A stretch of 64,000 bases of DNA, from positions 32,001 to 96,000 of the forward strand of contig CAVVMW010000010.1 of the NCBI GenBank assembly GCA_963749495.1, given 5' to 3'. Below the pieces are notes generated by a model that had not been told where the DNA came from, made no database searches, and was given only the letters and a program-made list of their open reading frames with translations. Both the position numbers and the translations under genes were made by a program. This DNA is from an uncultured bacterium (lineage in GTDB: Bacteria; Verrucomicrobiota; Verrucomicrobiia; Limisphaerales; UBA8199). Positions within the stretch are counted from its first letter, which is position 1; each line of letters begins with the position of its first letter. Positions 53,251-64,000 of this stretch are shown here, piece after piece.

Positions 53251-55881
53251 TCACTCGTTTCGCAAAGCCGACATGGGGTCAACTCGGGATGCCTTGTGTG
53301 CCGGGACGTAGCAACCGATGAGTGCCCAGGCCAGCAACAACAACGGAACAGCAATGAACGTCGTAGCGTCCTTGGGGCTGACGCCCGGCACCAGGCCCAC
53401 CATCAGGCGCGTGAAAATCCAGGCCAGGCCAAGGCCAAGCGCGGTGCCGGCCAGCGCCAGCCGGCCGCCCCACTTCAACACCAGGAAAACCACCTGGGCC
53501 TTCTGTGCTCCCAAGGCCATTCGCACGCCAAACTCGTGGGTCCGCTGGGTGACCGTATAGGCGATGACGCCATAGATCCCCACCACCGCCAGCACCAGGG
53601 CCAGGCCGGCGAAAACGGCTAGCAGCGTGCCCAGGAGGCGGGTGTCACTGGCAACATCGTCCAGGAGATGATCGAGCGTTTCCACCTTCGGTGCCGGGAC
53701 GCTCTTGTCCAACTCCCGGAAGAGGGCCTGAATCTGGGAAGTAAACTTCGCGGGATCGGTGGTCATCCGGACCACCAGCGTCCTAATTTGGGGCATCTGG
53801 TAGCAGGGGAGGTAAAACTCGGCGCGACGGTCGCTCTCGACCCCGCCTGGCCGGAGGTCGCGCACCACACCCACCACGGTAATCCACGGGGCGTGAGCCT
53901 GCCCGAAGCGGAATGCGAACCGCTTGCCCAGCGGGTCCTCCCCGGGCCAGTACCGCTGGGCCATGGTGCCATTGATCACCGCCACTGCCGGCGCTCCCTT
54001 GCGATCCTGGGGGTTCACGTCGCGGCCTCGCAGCAACGCGACGCCGACGGTGTTGAAAAAGCCCGGAGTAACCATACTAACAGGGGTCATGCGCGGCGGA
54101 GCATTCTCTGGCTCGGGCCGGTCCTCCAAGGCGATGTCCAAAGGCGCGGCGTTGCCAAACCCTGAATACGCCGCCGCTCCGGCCGCCTCCACGGTGGGCC
54201 AGGCCTTGAGTCGGGCGATCGCTTGCTCGAAGAAGTTCAGCCGCGGTGCGTCCTCGGAATAACGCTCCTTGGGCAGATCCACATTGACCACCAGCACCCG
54301 CCGAGGATCCACTTTCAGGCCGGGGTGCAACAGATAATAAATGCTCCGCAGCGCCAACCCCGCCCCAATGAGCAACACCAACGCCAGGGAAACCTGTAGC
54401 ACCACCAAGCCCGACCGCAGCCAGCCAACAGAATGGTCCGAACCAGCGCGCTGTCCGCCTTGCTTGAGCCGCTCGTGCAGGTCGGTCCTCCAAATCCACC
54501 AGGCTGGGACCAGGCCGCAGAGCAAGCCGGTGACAACGGCTGCCGCCAGGGTGAACCACCAGACGGTCACGTCGATCCGGATGAGGGCGAATCGTGGCAA
54601 CTGCGGTCCAATCCACGCCGACCACAAGCCTCGACTCCACACCACCGCGACAAGACCAGCCACCGCTCCAAAGAACGAGAGCAAGAGGCTTTCGGTCATG
54701 AGTTGCCGAATCAGGCGTCCGTTTGCGGCGCCCACCGCGGCGCGGATGGCGAGTTCCTTCTCCCGCGCCAGACATCGCGAGAGGAGCAGGTTTCCCAGGT
54801 TGGCACAGGCAATCAGCAGGATAAACACCGCCACGGCGATCAGGATCGGCAGCACTGGCCGAATCCGTTCGATCAGCCTGGCGTGCAGTGAGGTGACGCG
54901 AACGCTCCAGCCACGGTCGTAGTCCGGATACTGCGTCTCGAGATTCCGGGCGATGGAATCCATCTCGGCCTGGGCCTGGGCGATGCTCACTCCGGGTTTG
55001 AGCCTGCCGACGACCCCGGATCCTCCCCGAGTGCCGCGCATGTGAGAAACATCATTTGTGCTCGTCTCCGGCAGAGGCAACCAGAGCTCGGTGCGCCTCG
55101 GGAAGTTGAAGCCCTGAGGCATCACTCCGACGATCTGGACCCGCTGGGTATTGACTACCAGGGTCTTCCCGGTGAGATTGGTATCCGAGCCAAACAGACT
55201 GCGCCACAAGTCGTAGCCCACGACCGCCACACCTCCGCCCTTTTCATCCTCCTCCAGCAATCCGCGGCCGAGCAGCGGAGCGACCCGCAACGTAGGCAGC
55301 ATTTCCGCGGAGAAATATATTCCGTTCACTGACCGCGTTTGCTCTCCTTCGGTCAGCCGAAAGGCGCCATAGGAGTGCATCCCCAAATGAGAGAAGCTCC
55401 GGCTGGCCGCGCGCCAATCGCGGTAATCAGGCAGCGACACGTCGTACTCGATCTTCCGGTGGGTCGAATTGATCTGGACCAACCGGTCCGGACCGGGGTA
55501 AGGCAACGGGTGCAGCAGCACCGCGGATATAATACTGAAGATCGCCGTGTTGACCCCGATGCCCAGGGCCAGCGTGGCCACCGCCGCGGTCGTGAAGCCC
55601 GGACCCTTGCGGAGCGTTCTCAGCCCGTAGCGAACGTCCTGCAGGAACTGCTCGAGCCACAGAATCCCGCGCTGTTCGCGGCAGGTCTCCTTGATGGCCT
55701 CCACTCCTCCAAATTGCCGCAACGCCGCGCAGCGCGCCTCCCCGGACTCCATCCCCGCCTGAATGTTCATTTGCGTTTGCATCTCGATGTGCGAGCGCAT
55801 CTCCTCGGCCATTTCGGCATCTAGTTTCTGCTGGCGGAACAGGGAAACGAATTGCCACCAAAGATTTCGTAGCCAGTTCAT
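53251..55881 (-). CDS. ADOP-type ABC permease
   Basis: Complete 876 aa with prefix domain and two FtsX repeats. Confidence 0.92.
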   Translation of the reverse strand: MNWLRNLWWQFVSLFRQQKLDAEMAEEMRSHIEMQTQMNIQAGMESGEARCAALRQFGGVEAIKETCREQRGILWLEQFLQDVRYGLRTLRKGPGFTTAAVATLALGIGVNTAIFSIISAVLLHPLPYPGPDRLVQINSTHRKIEYDVSLPDYRDWRAASRSFSHLGMHSYGAFRLTEGEQTRSVNGIYFSAEMLPTLRVAPLLGRGLLEEDEKGGGVAVVGYDLWRSLFGSDTNLTGKTLVVNTQRVQIVGVMPQGFNFPRRTELWLPLPETSTNDVSHMRGTRGGSGVVGRLKPGVSIAQAQAEMDSIARNLETQYPDYDRGWSVRVTSLHARLIERIRPVLPILIAVAVFILLIACANLGNLLLSRCLAREKELAIRAAVGAANGRLIRQLMTESLLLSFFGAVAGLVAVVWSRGLWSAWIGPQLPRFALIRIDVTVWWFTLAAAVVTGLLCGLVPAWWIWRTDLHERLKQGGQRAGSDHSVGWLRSGLVVLQVSLALVLLIGAGLALRSIYYLLHPGLKVDPRRVLVVNVDLPKERYSEDAPRLNFFEQAIARLKAWPTVEAAGAAAYSGFGNAAPLDIALEDRPEPENAPPRMTPVSMVTPGFFNTVGVALLRGRDVNPQDRKGAPAVAVINGTMAQRYWPGEDPLGKRFAFRFGQAHAPWITVVGVVRDLRPGGVESDRRAEFYLPCYQMPQIRTLVVRMTTDPAKFTSQIQALFRELDKSVPAPKVETLDHLLDDVASDTRLLGTLLAVFAGLALVLAVVGIYGVIAYTVTQRTHEFGVRMALGAQKAQVVFLVLKWGGRLALAGTALGLGLAWIFTRLMVGLVPGVSPKDATTFIAVPLLLLAWALIGCYVPAHKASRVDPMSALRNE

Positions 55882-55885
55882 GAGT

Positions 55886-58612
55886 TCAAGTGCAGTTGCT
55901 GTTCATTCGCAGCGTAGCGTCGTCATCGGATCGACCCGTGAGGCTCGAAGGGCCGGCAGCCAGCAGGCCAGCACAGCCACCATAGCTGAAGAGGATTGCG
56001 GCGCCCAAAAACGTTGCCGCATCGCTGGGCGCAACCCCGAAAAGGAATCCCCGAAGCTCCTTCGCCAGGGGAATGGCAATCGAAAATCCCAGAACCAGGC
56101 CGAGGGCCACGAGTTTCAAGCCCCCACGCAGGATCAAGGTCAGCACCTCCCGCCGCGGTGCGCCCACCGCCATGCGGATGGCAATCTCCCGCTTTCGGGA
56201 ACCGACGGACAGTGAGAGCACCCCATAGATTCCGACCACCGCCAAGACACTTCCGACGAGTGAAAAGGCGGCCAGGAGCCGCATGGCGAAGGTTTGGGAT
56301 GCCACCGATTCTGCGCGGATCTGGGCCATTGTCGCGACATGCTCGATCGCCACCTTTGGATCCATCGCGCGCAACTCATGTCGCACCATTCCGACGAACC
56401 GCCGCGGGTCGGCCGCTGTTTGGATAACCAGCCGTTTGGTGATAGTCCCAACTTGAAAGTAGTAAAAATAGACTTCCGGTTCCGGCGGTTGAACAAGTGA
56501 GCCGTTGCGCGAGTCAGCTACAACTCCGATGATTTCGGCAGGTATCGCAAATCCCGGGTTTAATTTAATTCTCCTTCCGATGGGGTCCTGATCGTCAAAA
56601 TACTTCCTTGCCATCGCTTGGTTGACCACGGCCACAAACGGCGCATTGGTCACCGCACCGGGACCGCACCACCCGTCTGGGAGACGGAAGCCGCGTCCGT
56701 GCACAATCCTGAGGTTTAACACATTGAAGAAATCCGCCGTCACAAAACGTGTTGCGATAGCCACTTCATTTATGAAGTCTTTTCCCGTCCCGGCATCGGT
56801 AGCGAATCGCCCTTCGACTCTCACCTGGCTCATCGCAGAATTGCCGGTCAGCGGCACGCCCCAGCCGAAGGCCACATGCCTTATCCCGGGAATGGCCGCG
56901 ATCCGTGCTAATGCCTCCGAGTGAAAAGCGCCCCGATCAGCATAGTCTTGGTCCGGCGTAGTCACGTCCATGGTCAGGATGTTCTGCGTGGAATACCCCG
57001 GATGGATATTGGCCAGGTTGATCATGGTCCGTATCAGCAAGCCCGCGCCTACCAGCAAGGCGAGAGTCAAAGCGATCTGGACTGTCGCGACGCCACCCAA
57101 AAACCGCCGCTCGGCCAGGCCCAGACTGCTGGTGCGAGTTCCCTTCAAATCTTCCGCGGCGTTCAAACGGACCGCGTGGATGGCCGGTGCCAGGCCGGCG
57201 ATGATTGCGGCCACGACCGCAGACCCCAAGCAGAACGCCAGCACCGGCCAGCCGATGGCGACTGCGTCCAGTCGCGCAATAGCGTGCCCGCCGATGATCT
57301 TCAGCGCTCTGACCGTTGCCATGGCCAGTCCGATCCCAACCGATCCGCCTGAAAGAGAGACCAGCAAACTCTCGGTCAATACCTGGCGGCATAGCTGTAT
57401 CCGCTGTGCGCCCAGAGCACACCGCACCGCATATTCCTGTTGACGCTGTATTCCGCGGGCCAAGAGCAATCCACCAATGTTGGCGCACGCGATGAGAAAC
57501 ACCAACGTAACCGCCCCCACTAATGGCAGGAGAAGGTGGTGTCCCTCGCGATTCCATTCCGCCATCAACGGTTCCACCCTGGCGGTGATGCCTTCAAAGC
57601 GCTTATCCGCCTTGGCTTGCCGATCTGCAATTGTTGTCAGTTCTGCCCGAGCCTGAGCGAGCGTCACCCTATCGCGCAGCCGGCCAACTACAGCGTTACA
57701 ATAAGGCGCTTCGGGCTGCGTCAAATTGGGTGGCCCAAGAAGCAACCAGAAATCAATCTTTGCGTTAACGTCGGAATTGGGGAAGGTCACACTTGCGCAC
57801 GAGGGCAGGAAGCGCACCCCTGGCGGCATCACTCCGATGACCGTCAGCGCCGGGTGACGGCCCAGGTGAATGGCTTGGCCGAGGATACGTGGATCACCGC
57901 TGAATCGCCGCCGCCAAAGATCATAACCGAGAACGATTGTGGTTTCCGTTCCCGTCTGGGCTGCCACATCAGCTTGTGAAAATGCGCGGCCCAACAGCGG
58001 CTTGACCCCAATCACCTCAAAATACTCCGGCTTGACCCACAATCCCTGGACCGACTCGCTGCCATCCTCCCGGAGCAGGAAGTGAAATCCCCATTTGTAG
58101 CCAGCGATGCACTGGAAGCAATTGGTCGTATTCCGCCATTCGAGCCATTGCGACGTCGCACAATCCCTCGCATAGGGCTGGCCGTCCGTCCTCGCCGGTT
58201 CGATGAGCACGACCTGATCCGGCTTGGGATAGGGAGGGGGCGTTAGCAGCACACCCTGAACGAGGCTGAACACGGCTGAGGTCGCTCCGATGCCTAATGC
58301 GAGCGTCAGCACGGCTACAGTGGTGAAGCCCGGGCTCTTCCGCAGCAATCGCGCGCCGAAACGCAGGTCGCGCGCCAGGTCCTCAACCCACCCGATCCCA
58401 CGTTGATCCCGGCAGGTCTCTTTGACCGACTCCATCGGCCCGAACTCGAGTAGCGCCGCACGCCGCGCCTCCTCTGGTTTCATTCCCGCCTCAATGTTTT
58501 CTTGCGTCTGGATCTCGACGTGCGCGCGCATCTCTTCGTCCATCTCCTGATCCAGCTTTGCCTTCTGGAACAAGGCCCGGCAGGTCCAACGAATCTTCTG
58601 CCATCTGTTCAT
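55886..58612 (-). CDS. ADOP-type ABC permease with a +1 frameshift in the last TM (near 55985)
   Basis: The canonical tail [25 protein letters not shown] (stop 55903-55905) lies in a shifted frame. Confidence 0.85.
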   Translation of the reverse strand: MNRWQKIRWTCRALFQKAKLDQEMDEEMRAHVEIQTQENIEAGMKPEEARRAALLEFGPMESVKETCRDQRGIGWVEDLARDLRFGARLLRKSPGFTTVAVLTLALGIGATSAVFSLVQGVLLTPPPYPKPDQVVLIEPARTDGQPYARDCATSQWLEWRNTTNCFQCIAGYKWGFHFLLREDGSESVQGLWVKPEYFEVIGVKPLLGRAFSQADVAAQTGTETTIVLGYDLWRRRFSGDPRILGQAIHLGRHPALTVIGVMPPGVRFLPSCASVTFPNSDVNAKIDFWLLLGPPNLTQPEAPYCNAVVGRLRDRVTLAQARAELTTIADRQAKADKRFEGITARVEPLMAEWNREGHHLLLPLVGAVTLVFLIACANIGGLLLARGIQRQQEYAVRCALGAQRIQLCRQVLTESLLVSLSGGSVGIGLAMATVRALKIIGGHAIARLDAVAIGWPVLAFCLGSAVVAAIIAGLAPAIHAVRLNAAEDLKGTRTSSLGLAERRFLGGVATVQIALTLALLVGAGLLIRTMINLANIHPGYSTQNILTMDVTTPDQDYADRGAFHSEALARIAAIPGIRHVAFGWGVPLTGNSAMSQVRVEGRFATDAGTGKDFINEVAIATRFVTADFFNVLNLRIVHGRGFRLPDGWCGPGAVTNAPFVAVVNQAMARKYFDDQDPIGRRIKLNPGFAIPAEIIGVVADSRNGSLVQPPEPEVYFYYFQVGTITKRLVIQTAADPRRFVGMVRHELRAMDPKVAIEHVATMAQIRAESVASQTFAMRLLAAFSLVGSVLAVVGIYGVLSLSVGSRKREIAIRMAVGAPRREVLTLILRGGLKLVALGLVLGFSIAIPLAKELRGFLFGVAPSDAATFLGAAILFSYGGCAGLLAAGPSSLTGRSDDDATLRMNSNCT

Positions 58613-58694
58613 GGGCTTGGAACTGATTTACGAGCAATAATCCGACGTATCGCCTGCTGAGTCCTTTCGTGGGTGGACCATGGTTCTTCTGGTC

Positions 58695-61316
58695 TCATTC
58701 GCAGCGCAGCGCTGTCATGGGATCCACGCGTGAGGCCCGAAGGGCCGGCCGGAGACAGGCCAGCAGTGCCGCCCCCGCCAGCACCAGCGTGACCTCCGTG
58801 AAGGTGACGGGGTCGTTGGGGCTTAGGGCGAAGAGCTGGCTGGCGAGGAATCGCGTCAGGGCCAGCGCGCCCGCCAGGCCCAGCACCACGCCTCCACCAA
58901 TCATCCCCAAGCCCTGCCTCAGCACCAGCCGCAATATATCCGCTCGTTGGCCGCCGAGCGCCATGCGGATGCCAATCTCCTGCGTCCGCAAGGAAATCGA
59001 GTAGGCGACAACGCCATAAATCCCCACCAAAGCCAGTAGCAAGGCCGACACCGAAAAGGCCCCAAACAGCATGAGCGTCGCCCGGCGCGGCGCCAGAGAG
59101 TCCTTCAACTGCTGCTCCAAGGTCAGCATTCTGAAAGCCGGTTGGTCCGCGTCCACGCTCTTGATCTGCGCGCGCACCGCGCCGGCCAAGGCCATTGGAT
59201 CCCCCGTTGCGCGGATAGCCAGGCTCATGCGCATCATGCCCGACTGGCGATAGGACAGATAGACTTGCTGCAAGGGCGCCTCCGAGAGAGTGTGCCGCAC
59301 GTCCCCAACGACCCCCACAATGGTCAACTGCCGGTCCCCAAACCACTTGATGCGTTGACCCACGGCGTTCTCCTGGGGAAGATAGCGTCGCACAAAGCTC
59401 TCGTTGACTACCGCCACGCGGGGAGCGCCTTCCTGATCCTGCTCGCTCAGCACCCGGCCCGAAAGCAAGTGAATGTTCAGCGCGCGGAAGTAGTCAGCGT
59501 TAGCGACGTCGTAGAGCATAAAGTCCATTTTGCCGGCCGGCGAAGGATGGCCCTCAACTTCGACACCGATGGCACTCATCCCAACCGAGCTGAGCGGCGG
59601 ACACACGCTGGCACCAACAATTTGCACGCCGGGCAGGGCTCGCACCCGCTCGATGACCTGCTGGAAGTACGCCGCTTGCGAGCGTGCATCGGGATATTTC
59701 GGGGGGCTGAGACTGATGGTCAGGCAGAGAATCTTGTCGGGCCGGAATCCGAGGTTGACGCCCAGCAGGCGCACGAAGCTCTTGGCCATCAATCCGGCGG
59801 CGATCAAGAGCACCATAGCCGAGGCAAACTCCAGCGCCACCAACCCTTCTCGCATGCGGCGCTGCCGGCGTCCTTGGCTCACATTCCGGCTTCCTTCTTT
59901 CAGCGCCTCGTGCGGCGCCGAATGCGAGCATCCCAGCGCCGGGGCGAGGCCAAAAATGACTCCAGTCACAGCCACGACGAGAAAAGTGAAACCCAGCACC
60001 CGGCCATCGATGGAGACCTCCCGGACCGAGGACATTCCAGAGGCAAAAGGCCGCAGCAGGGCACAACCCCAGCGCGCGAGCAGCAGCCCGCCAAGCCCAC
60101 CCAGAAATGACAGCAAGAGGCTCTCGGTCAAGATCTGGCGCACCAACCGTCCCCGGCCGGCCCCAAGCGCCAGCCGCACGGCAAACTCTTTCTGGCGGCT
60201 GGCGCCGCGGGAGAGCAGCAGGTTGCCGACATTGGCACAGGCTATGAGCAGCACAAACCCCGCAGCACCGAGGAAGACCAGGATGCTCTGCCGGACTTGC
60301 GCCACCATGTTGTGCTGGAAAGCGGTCAACAGGACGTGGTCTTTCTTCTCGCCCTTCTGCTCGGCCTGATACCGGCTCTCGAGGGCGGCCTGCGCCTGTG
60401 CCCGGGTCACTCCGGGCCTCAGCCGGCCTATCGAATACCGGGCAGACTGGAACCCTCCCTGCTTCTGGAGGCACGTGGCAAACGGTATGCACAAGTCATA
60501 GTGCTCGTGGAAGCGAAAATCGGGCGGAACCACTCCGATGACGGTGTAAGGTTTGCCGTCCAAACCGATCGACTTGCCCAGGACACCGGGGTCGGCCCCG
60601 AAACGGCGCGTCCAAAGTCCATGGCTGAGAAGGGCTACCGGCGCGCCGCCAGGCCGATCCTCCTCCGGGAGAAAGTTCCGCCCCAGCATCGGCTGCACCC
60701 CCAGGACCGGCAGCAACGAGTCCCCGATAGCCCCGCAATCGACCCGCTCCGCCTCTCCCGCCCCGCTCAAGTTGACTTCGCCTCCGCTATACGGGGCCAA
60801 CTGAATCACGTCCTGGCTCTCCCGGCGCCAATCGGACAATTCGGACGCATCCAGGTAGTCGGTTACCGTGCTCTTGGTCTCCCAGGGATAGCGCACCAGC
60901 TTCTGCACCTGCACCAACTGCTCCGGGGCCGGATAAGGCAAGGGGCGCAATAGCATCGCGCTGACCAGGCTGAACACCGCCGAATTCGCGCCGATGCCCA
61001 ACGTCAGCGTCAGCACCGCCACAGCCGTAAAACCGGGGCTCTTCCGCAGCGTCCGCCAGCCATACTGGAGGTCCTGCAGGCCCTGCTCGAGCCACAACGT
61101 CCCCCGCTGCTCGCGGCACGTTTCTTTGATGCTCTCCACCCCCCCGAACTGCCGCAACGCCGCGCAGCGCGCCTCTTCGGGAGCCATGCCGGCCTTGATA
61201 TTCTCCCGGGTCTGCATCTCGATGTGCGCGCGCATCTCTGCATCCATGTCGGCGTCCAGATCCCGTTTCCGGAAGAGCGCCTGTATCCAAAATGGGAGTT
61301 TTTGCCTCCAGTTCAT
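58695..61316 (-). CDS. ADOP-type ABC permease
   Basis: Complete 873 aa ending [14 protein letters not shown]. Confidence 0.92.
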   Translation of the reverse strand: MNWRQKLPFWIQALFRKRDLDADMDAEMRAHIEMQTRENIKAGMAPEEARCAALRQFGGVESIKETCREQRGTLWLEQGLQDLQYGWRTLRKSPGFTAVAVLTLTLGIGANSAVFSLVSAMLLRPLPYPAPEQLVQVQKLVRYPWETKSTVTDYLDASELSDWRRESQDVIQLAPYSGGEVNLSGAGEAERVDCGAIGDSLLPVLGVQPMLGRNFLPEEDRPGGAPVALLSHGLWTRRFGADPGVLGKSIGLDGKPYTVIGVVPPDFRFHEHYDLCIPFATCLQKQGGFQSARYSIGRLRPGVTRAQAQAALESRYQAEQKGEKKDHVLLTAFQHNMVAQVRQSILVFLGAAGFVLLIACANVGNLLLSRGASRQKEFAVRLALGAGRGRLVRQILTESLLLSFLGGLGGLLLARWGCALLRPFASGMSSVREVSIDGRVLGFTFLVVAVTGVIFGLAPALGCSHSAPHEALKEGSRNVSQGRRQRRMREGLVALEFASAMVLLIAAGLMAKSFVRLLGVNLGFRPDKILCLTISLSPPKYPDARSQAAYFQQVIERVRALPGVQIVGASVCPPLSSVGMSAIGVEVEGHPSPAGKMDFMLYDVANADYFRALNIHLLSGRVLSEQDQEGAPRVAVVNESFVRRYLPQENAVGQRIKWFGDRQLTIVGVVGDVRHTLSEAPLQQVYLSYRQSGMMRMSLAIRATGDPMALAGAVRAQIKSVDADQPAFRMLTLEQQLKDSLAPRRATLMLFGAFSVSALLLALVGIYGVVAYSISLRTQEIGIRMALGGQRADILRLVLRQGLGMIGGGVVLGLAGALALTRFLASQLFALSPNDPVTFTEVTLVLAGAALLACLRPALRASRVDPMTALRCE

Positions 61317-61326
61317 TGCTCGGGGT

Positions 61327-61659
61327 TCAGGTAGTCCTGAGGATGAGGTTTATCGCCCGCGAGAGCTTTTCCCAGTTCGAGGTCTCTGCGAGCAACTGCT
61401 TGCGCCCCGCCGCGGTCAGCTTGTAGAACTTGGCCTTGCGGTTGTTTTCCGAAACGCCCCACTCGGATTCGATCCAGCCTTGCCGTTCCAGCCGGTAGAG
61501 GGCGGGATAGAGCGAGCCCTGCTCCACCCGCAGGACCTCCTCGGAAGTCTGCCGGATCAGCACCGAGATGCCGAACCCGTGCATCGGCCCGAGCTTGAGT
61601 GATTTTAGAATCAGGAGGTCCAAGGTCCCCTGCAAGAGATCCATTTTTTCTTTGCTCAT
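61327..61659 (-). CDS. PadR family regulator
   Basis: [36 protein letters not shown]. Confidence 0.93.
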   Translation of the reverse strand: MSKEKMDLLQGTLDLLILKSLKLGPMHGFGISVLIRQTSEEVLRVEQGSLYPALYRLERQGWIESEWGVSENNRKAKFYKLTAAGRKQLLAETSNWEKLSRAINLILRTT

Positions 61660-61716
61660 ATTTTCCTAGACGTTCGACAGGAGAATAGCCGGGAGTCCTG
61701 TAGATTGTCAACAGGA
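61660..61716 (-). promoter_or_regulatory. Promoter with two PadR operator palindromes
   Basis: Minus strand TTGACA-18-TATTCT; cctagacgttcgacagg and cctgtagattgtcaacagg. Confidence 0.7.
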
Positions 61717-62044
61717 AAAAGGCCGGGCCAAGCGGTTGACGCTCGTGGTGAAGCTGCGCAGGCTTGCCTGGGCACAGCGCTCTTGAACGCGCTGGCGCCT
61801 CCGCGCTCCGGCGATCACCGGCTGAGCGCGCGGCCCTCGATTGCCGCCCAGAGCGAGCGAAGCGGGCAACGCTCTCCCGTCCGAGCAAAGCCCCCGATAG
61901 ACAAATTGCGTGGCGGTCTGCGTCTTCTCCATGATGCAACGTTACCCATGCACGCCTCCACGAGCCCAAGCGCAGCCCCGGCCTCTTGCGCCCAGGCGGC
62001 CCATGGCGGGCTGCCTGGGATCCTGGGAGGGGCGGCCGACATTC

Positions 62045-62839
62045 ATGGCCAAGCAGCGGGGTTCGAGGGCCATGACGAGCCGCGGCCGCTCGTACTGCGC
62101 CTTCACCCTCATCGAACTCCTGGTGGTCATCGCCATCCTTGGCCTTCTGGCGGCCCTGTTGCTCCCGGCGCTCTCCGCCGCCAAGGCCCATGCCCGCTCC
62201 ACCTCCTGCAAAAACCACCTGCGGCAAATCGGGCTCACGCTCGCCATGTATGTCTCGGACTCTCGCCGCTACCCTCCAATGTTAGACCGCAGCACGGACC
62301 AAGTGTGGGCTGAGAGATTGTACCCGGCAGCCCCTTTCACGTGGACGAACCTCTCCTGGCATTGCCCGGAGTATATAGCCAACAGAGGGGTGGTAGAGCG
62401 GTTGGTGGCTCCGCACCAGAACTTTTTGACGAGCTACTCGTATAACGCCAACGGCATTCTTGGCGTTGGTTGGCCTGGCATGACGAATGCCCCTGCGCAA
62501 CTGGGTTTAGGATGGCGGACGAAGAATGCCGCCTCGGAACCTGAGGTGCTGGCGCCCAGCGAGATGTTCACGGTCGCTGATGCGCGGGCAGTTCCCGCGG
62601 CTCCGGGGGACCCGAGGATCGTGGGATTCCTGCCTATGACGCCATACGTGCTTGCTTGGAACGAAAAGGCCCCTCTGCACGGGCGAGGCTATAACATCCT
62701 GTTTGCCGATGACCATGCCACCCTGGTGAAGCGAAACGACCTGCTGTATCCGCCCCGAACCGCGCACCACTGGAACCGAGACAACCAACCGCACTCGGAG
62801 GCTTGGGCACCACGCAGCATGTGGGCAGTGCAGAACTGA
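62045..62839 (+). CDS. Prepilin-type/DUF1559-like protein, paralog of 28670-29467
   Basis: [51 protein letters not shown]; shared tail [18 protein letters not shown]. Confidence 0.88.
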   Translation: MAKQRGSRAMTSRGRSYCAFTLIELLVVIAILGLLAALLLPALSAAKAHARSTSCKNHLRQIGLTLAMYVSDSRRYPPMLDRSTDQVWAERLYPAAPFTWTNLSWHCPEYIANRGVVERLVAPHQNFLTSYSYNANGILGVGWPGMTNAPAQLGLGWRTKNAASEPEVLAPSEMFTVADARAVPAAPGDPRIVGFLPMTPYVLAWNEKAPLHGRGYNILFADDHATLVKRNDLLYPPRTAHHWNRDNQPHSEAWAPRSMWAVQN

Positions 62840-63105
62840 TTGCGAAAAACAGAAGGGCGACAAAAAAGGAACGCTCGAAGAACCGCTATTTAGTCCTCCT
62901 TTCGGTCAATTGTGGATTCCGTGAGGATGCCCGGAGGGCCTCCGTCATGCAGCTCACAGTTGAGCAGTCGCCGCCTCGCCGGTGTGGCCCTGACACGAGG
63001 CCACCATACTATTTACTATGCACGAGGATTCTCGCCGCTTGCGCAAACGTCTTTTGCGCCTGCAAAAGGTGGGACGACGTCCCGGAAGCTTCGGGGCGTC
63101 TATTT

Positions 63106-63470
63106 CACCGCAGAGACGCAAAGAACACAGCGCGGCCAAGCCGCAACCGAAGAAGCGATAACCGCGGAATACGCGGAATACGCGGAAAGAGCACCGGCCC
63201 GCTTCGGAGTTCCGCGTATTCCGCGTATTCCGCGGTTCATTCTCTCTGTGAGAAATCTCCGCAGCCTGCCAGCACGTTCGACTATTGCAGTGCAGAGATT
63301 TATTTCGTTTGTCTTCTCTGCGCTCTTCGCGTCTCTGCGGTTTCATTGCCTTTCCGAAAGCCCCCACGGGTTCCCCAAGCAGTCCGGACGCCCCTCCGCC
63401 ACGCTCTCGCGCTCCACGCTTCACGCTCCATGCTGTGGCTGCGGGTCAGCCGCGTTGAGTATTCCGTGGT
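63106..63470. repeat. Cluster of nested palindromic intergenic repeats
   Basis: accgcagagacgc/gcgtctctgcggt, aaccgcggaatacgcggaatacgcggaa/ttccgcgtattccgcgtattccgcggtt, cgcggccaagccgcaacc/ggctgcgggtcagccgcg. Confidence 0.75.
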
Positions 63471-63625
63471 TTCACTCTCCGGTTCCGCGTGGTCTGCGGG
63501 CGCATCCCCACCACAACGTTGTGATTCTCTTCGCTTCACCAGTAGAACGCCGGCTGAGAGAAAAATCCGCCAAAAAACGTCGCGGCCCCTCTGGGAGGCG
63601 CGCTTGTGAACCCAAGCCAAGCCGC

Positions 63626-64000
63626 TCAACCCGACCGCCCTTCCCGGGCTGGCGGCGCGTCGGCCCTCAGGCGCAGGAGGCTCTTCAGGCGTTCGCGGTA
63701 AAACGGGCTGGCAAAAGACAGGATCAGGAACGGCAAGAGCAGAGCAAAACTCAACCTAACCAGTGCCCCCGTGTCTTGAAACCAGGCCATGATTTGGTGT
63801 GCATCAATTGCGTAGCCAAGACGGAGCGCGTCAATGGCTAACCAGAGCATGGTGACTGAGAGCCAGACCGGGAGCAGTAAGACCAGCACCCACAAACAAA
63901 GGACGACGGGACGATAGCGCCGCCGGCAGAGCAGCCCTGCCAGGGCCAAGGCTGCGCCGATGGTCAGGGAGGTGGCGACTGCGAGCTCCCCGGCCGGCCA
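63626..64000 (-). CDS. Membrane protein C-terminus (partial, runs off the window)
   Basis: Hydrophobic helices ending LPFLILSFASPFYRERLKSLLRL. Confidence 0.6.
   Translation of the reverse strand, partial: WPAGELAVATSLTIGAALALAGLLCRRRYRPVVLCLWVLVLLLPVWLSVTMLWLAIDALRLGYAIDAHQIMAWFQDTGALVRLSFALLLPFLILSFASPFYRERLKSLLRLRADAPPAREGRSG

Noticed and set aside
28670..62839. Diversity-generating retroelement using the prepilin or ECF paralogs as TR/VR
   Set aside because: No reverse transcriptase gene in the window; differences between copies are not adenine-specific and span whole genes
62803..63841. ORFs of 268 and 309 aa over the repeat cluster
   Set aside because: The translations mirror the palindromic repeats (RGIRGIRG, SAYSAYSA) and are not protein-like

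Overview
A GC-rich accessory region with no housekeeping genes except a tRNA-Sec. The gene families suggest a Verrucomicrobiota-like (PVC) genome; this is inference. The families are: eight ECF sigma genes or remnants (most with a TM helix and a C-terminal extension), prepilin-type/H-X9-DG proteins, and three PadR regulators with six ADOP-type ABC permeases feeding a MacAB-TolC-like exporter. The region is a patchwork of duplicated, internally deleted and frameshifted genes. Mobile elements are an intact IS1380 (16-bp IRs, CTAG target duplication), a decayed IS91-family HUH/Y2 transposase and a degenerate integron with one cassette. The most striking structure is at 21.7-29.7 kb. Five co-oriented 50-51 nt copies of the IS91-like transposon end (hairpin + A-tract + AAATTCCTAT) split the region into cassette-like blocks, and three of the four stand-alone copies abut truncated sequence. 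Two copies carry related group II intron sequences inserted at exactly the same position (TAT^GTGCAG): one complete ORF-less 556-nt intron and one 5' fragment. This points to a possibly undescribed oriIS-based gene-capture array plus an oriIS-homing group II intron. All calls come from reading the sequence; no searches were run.
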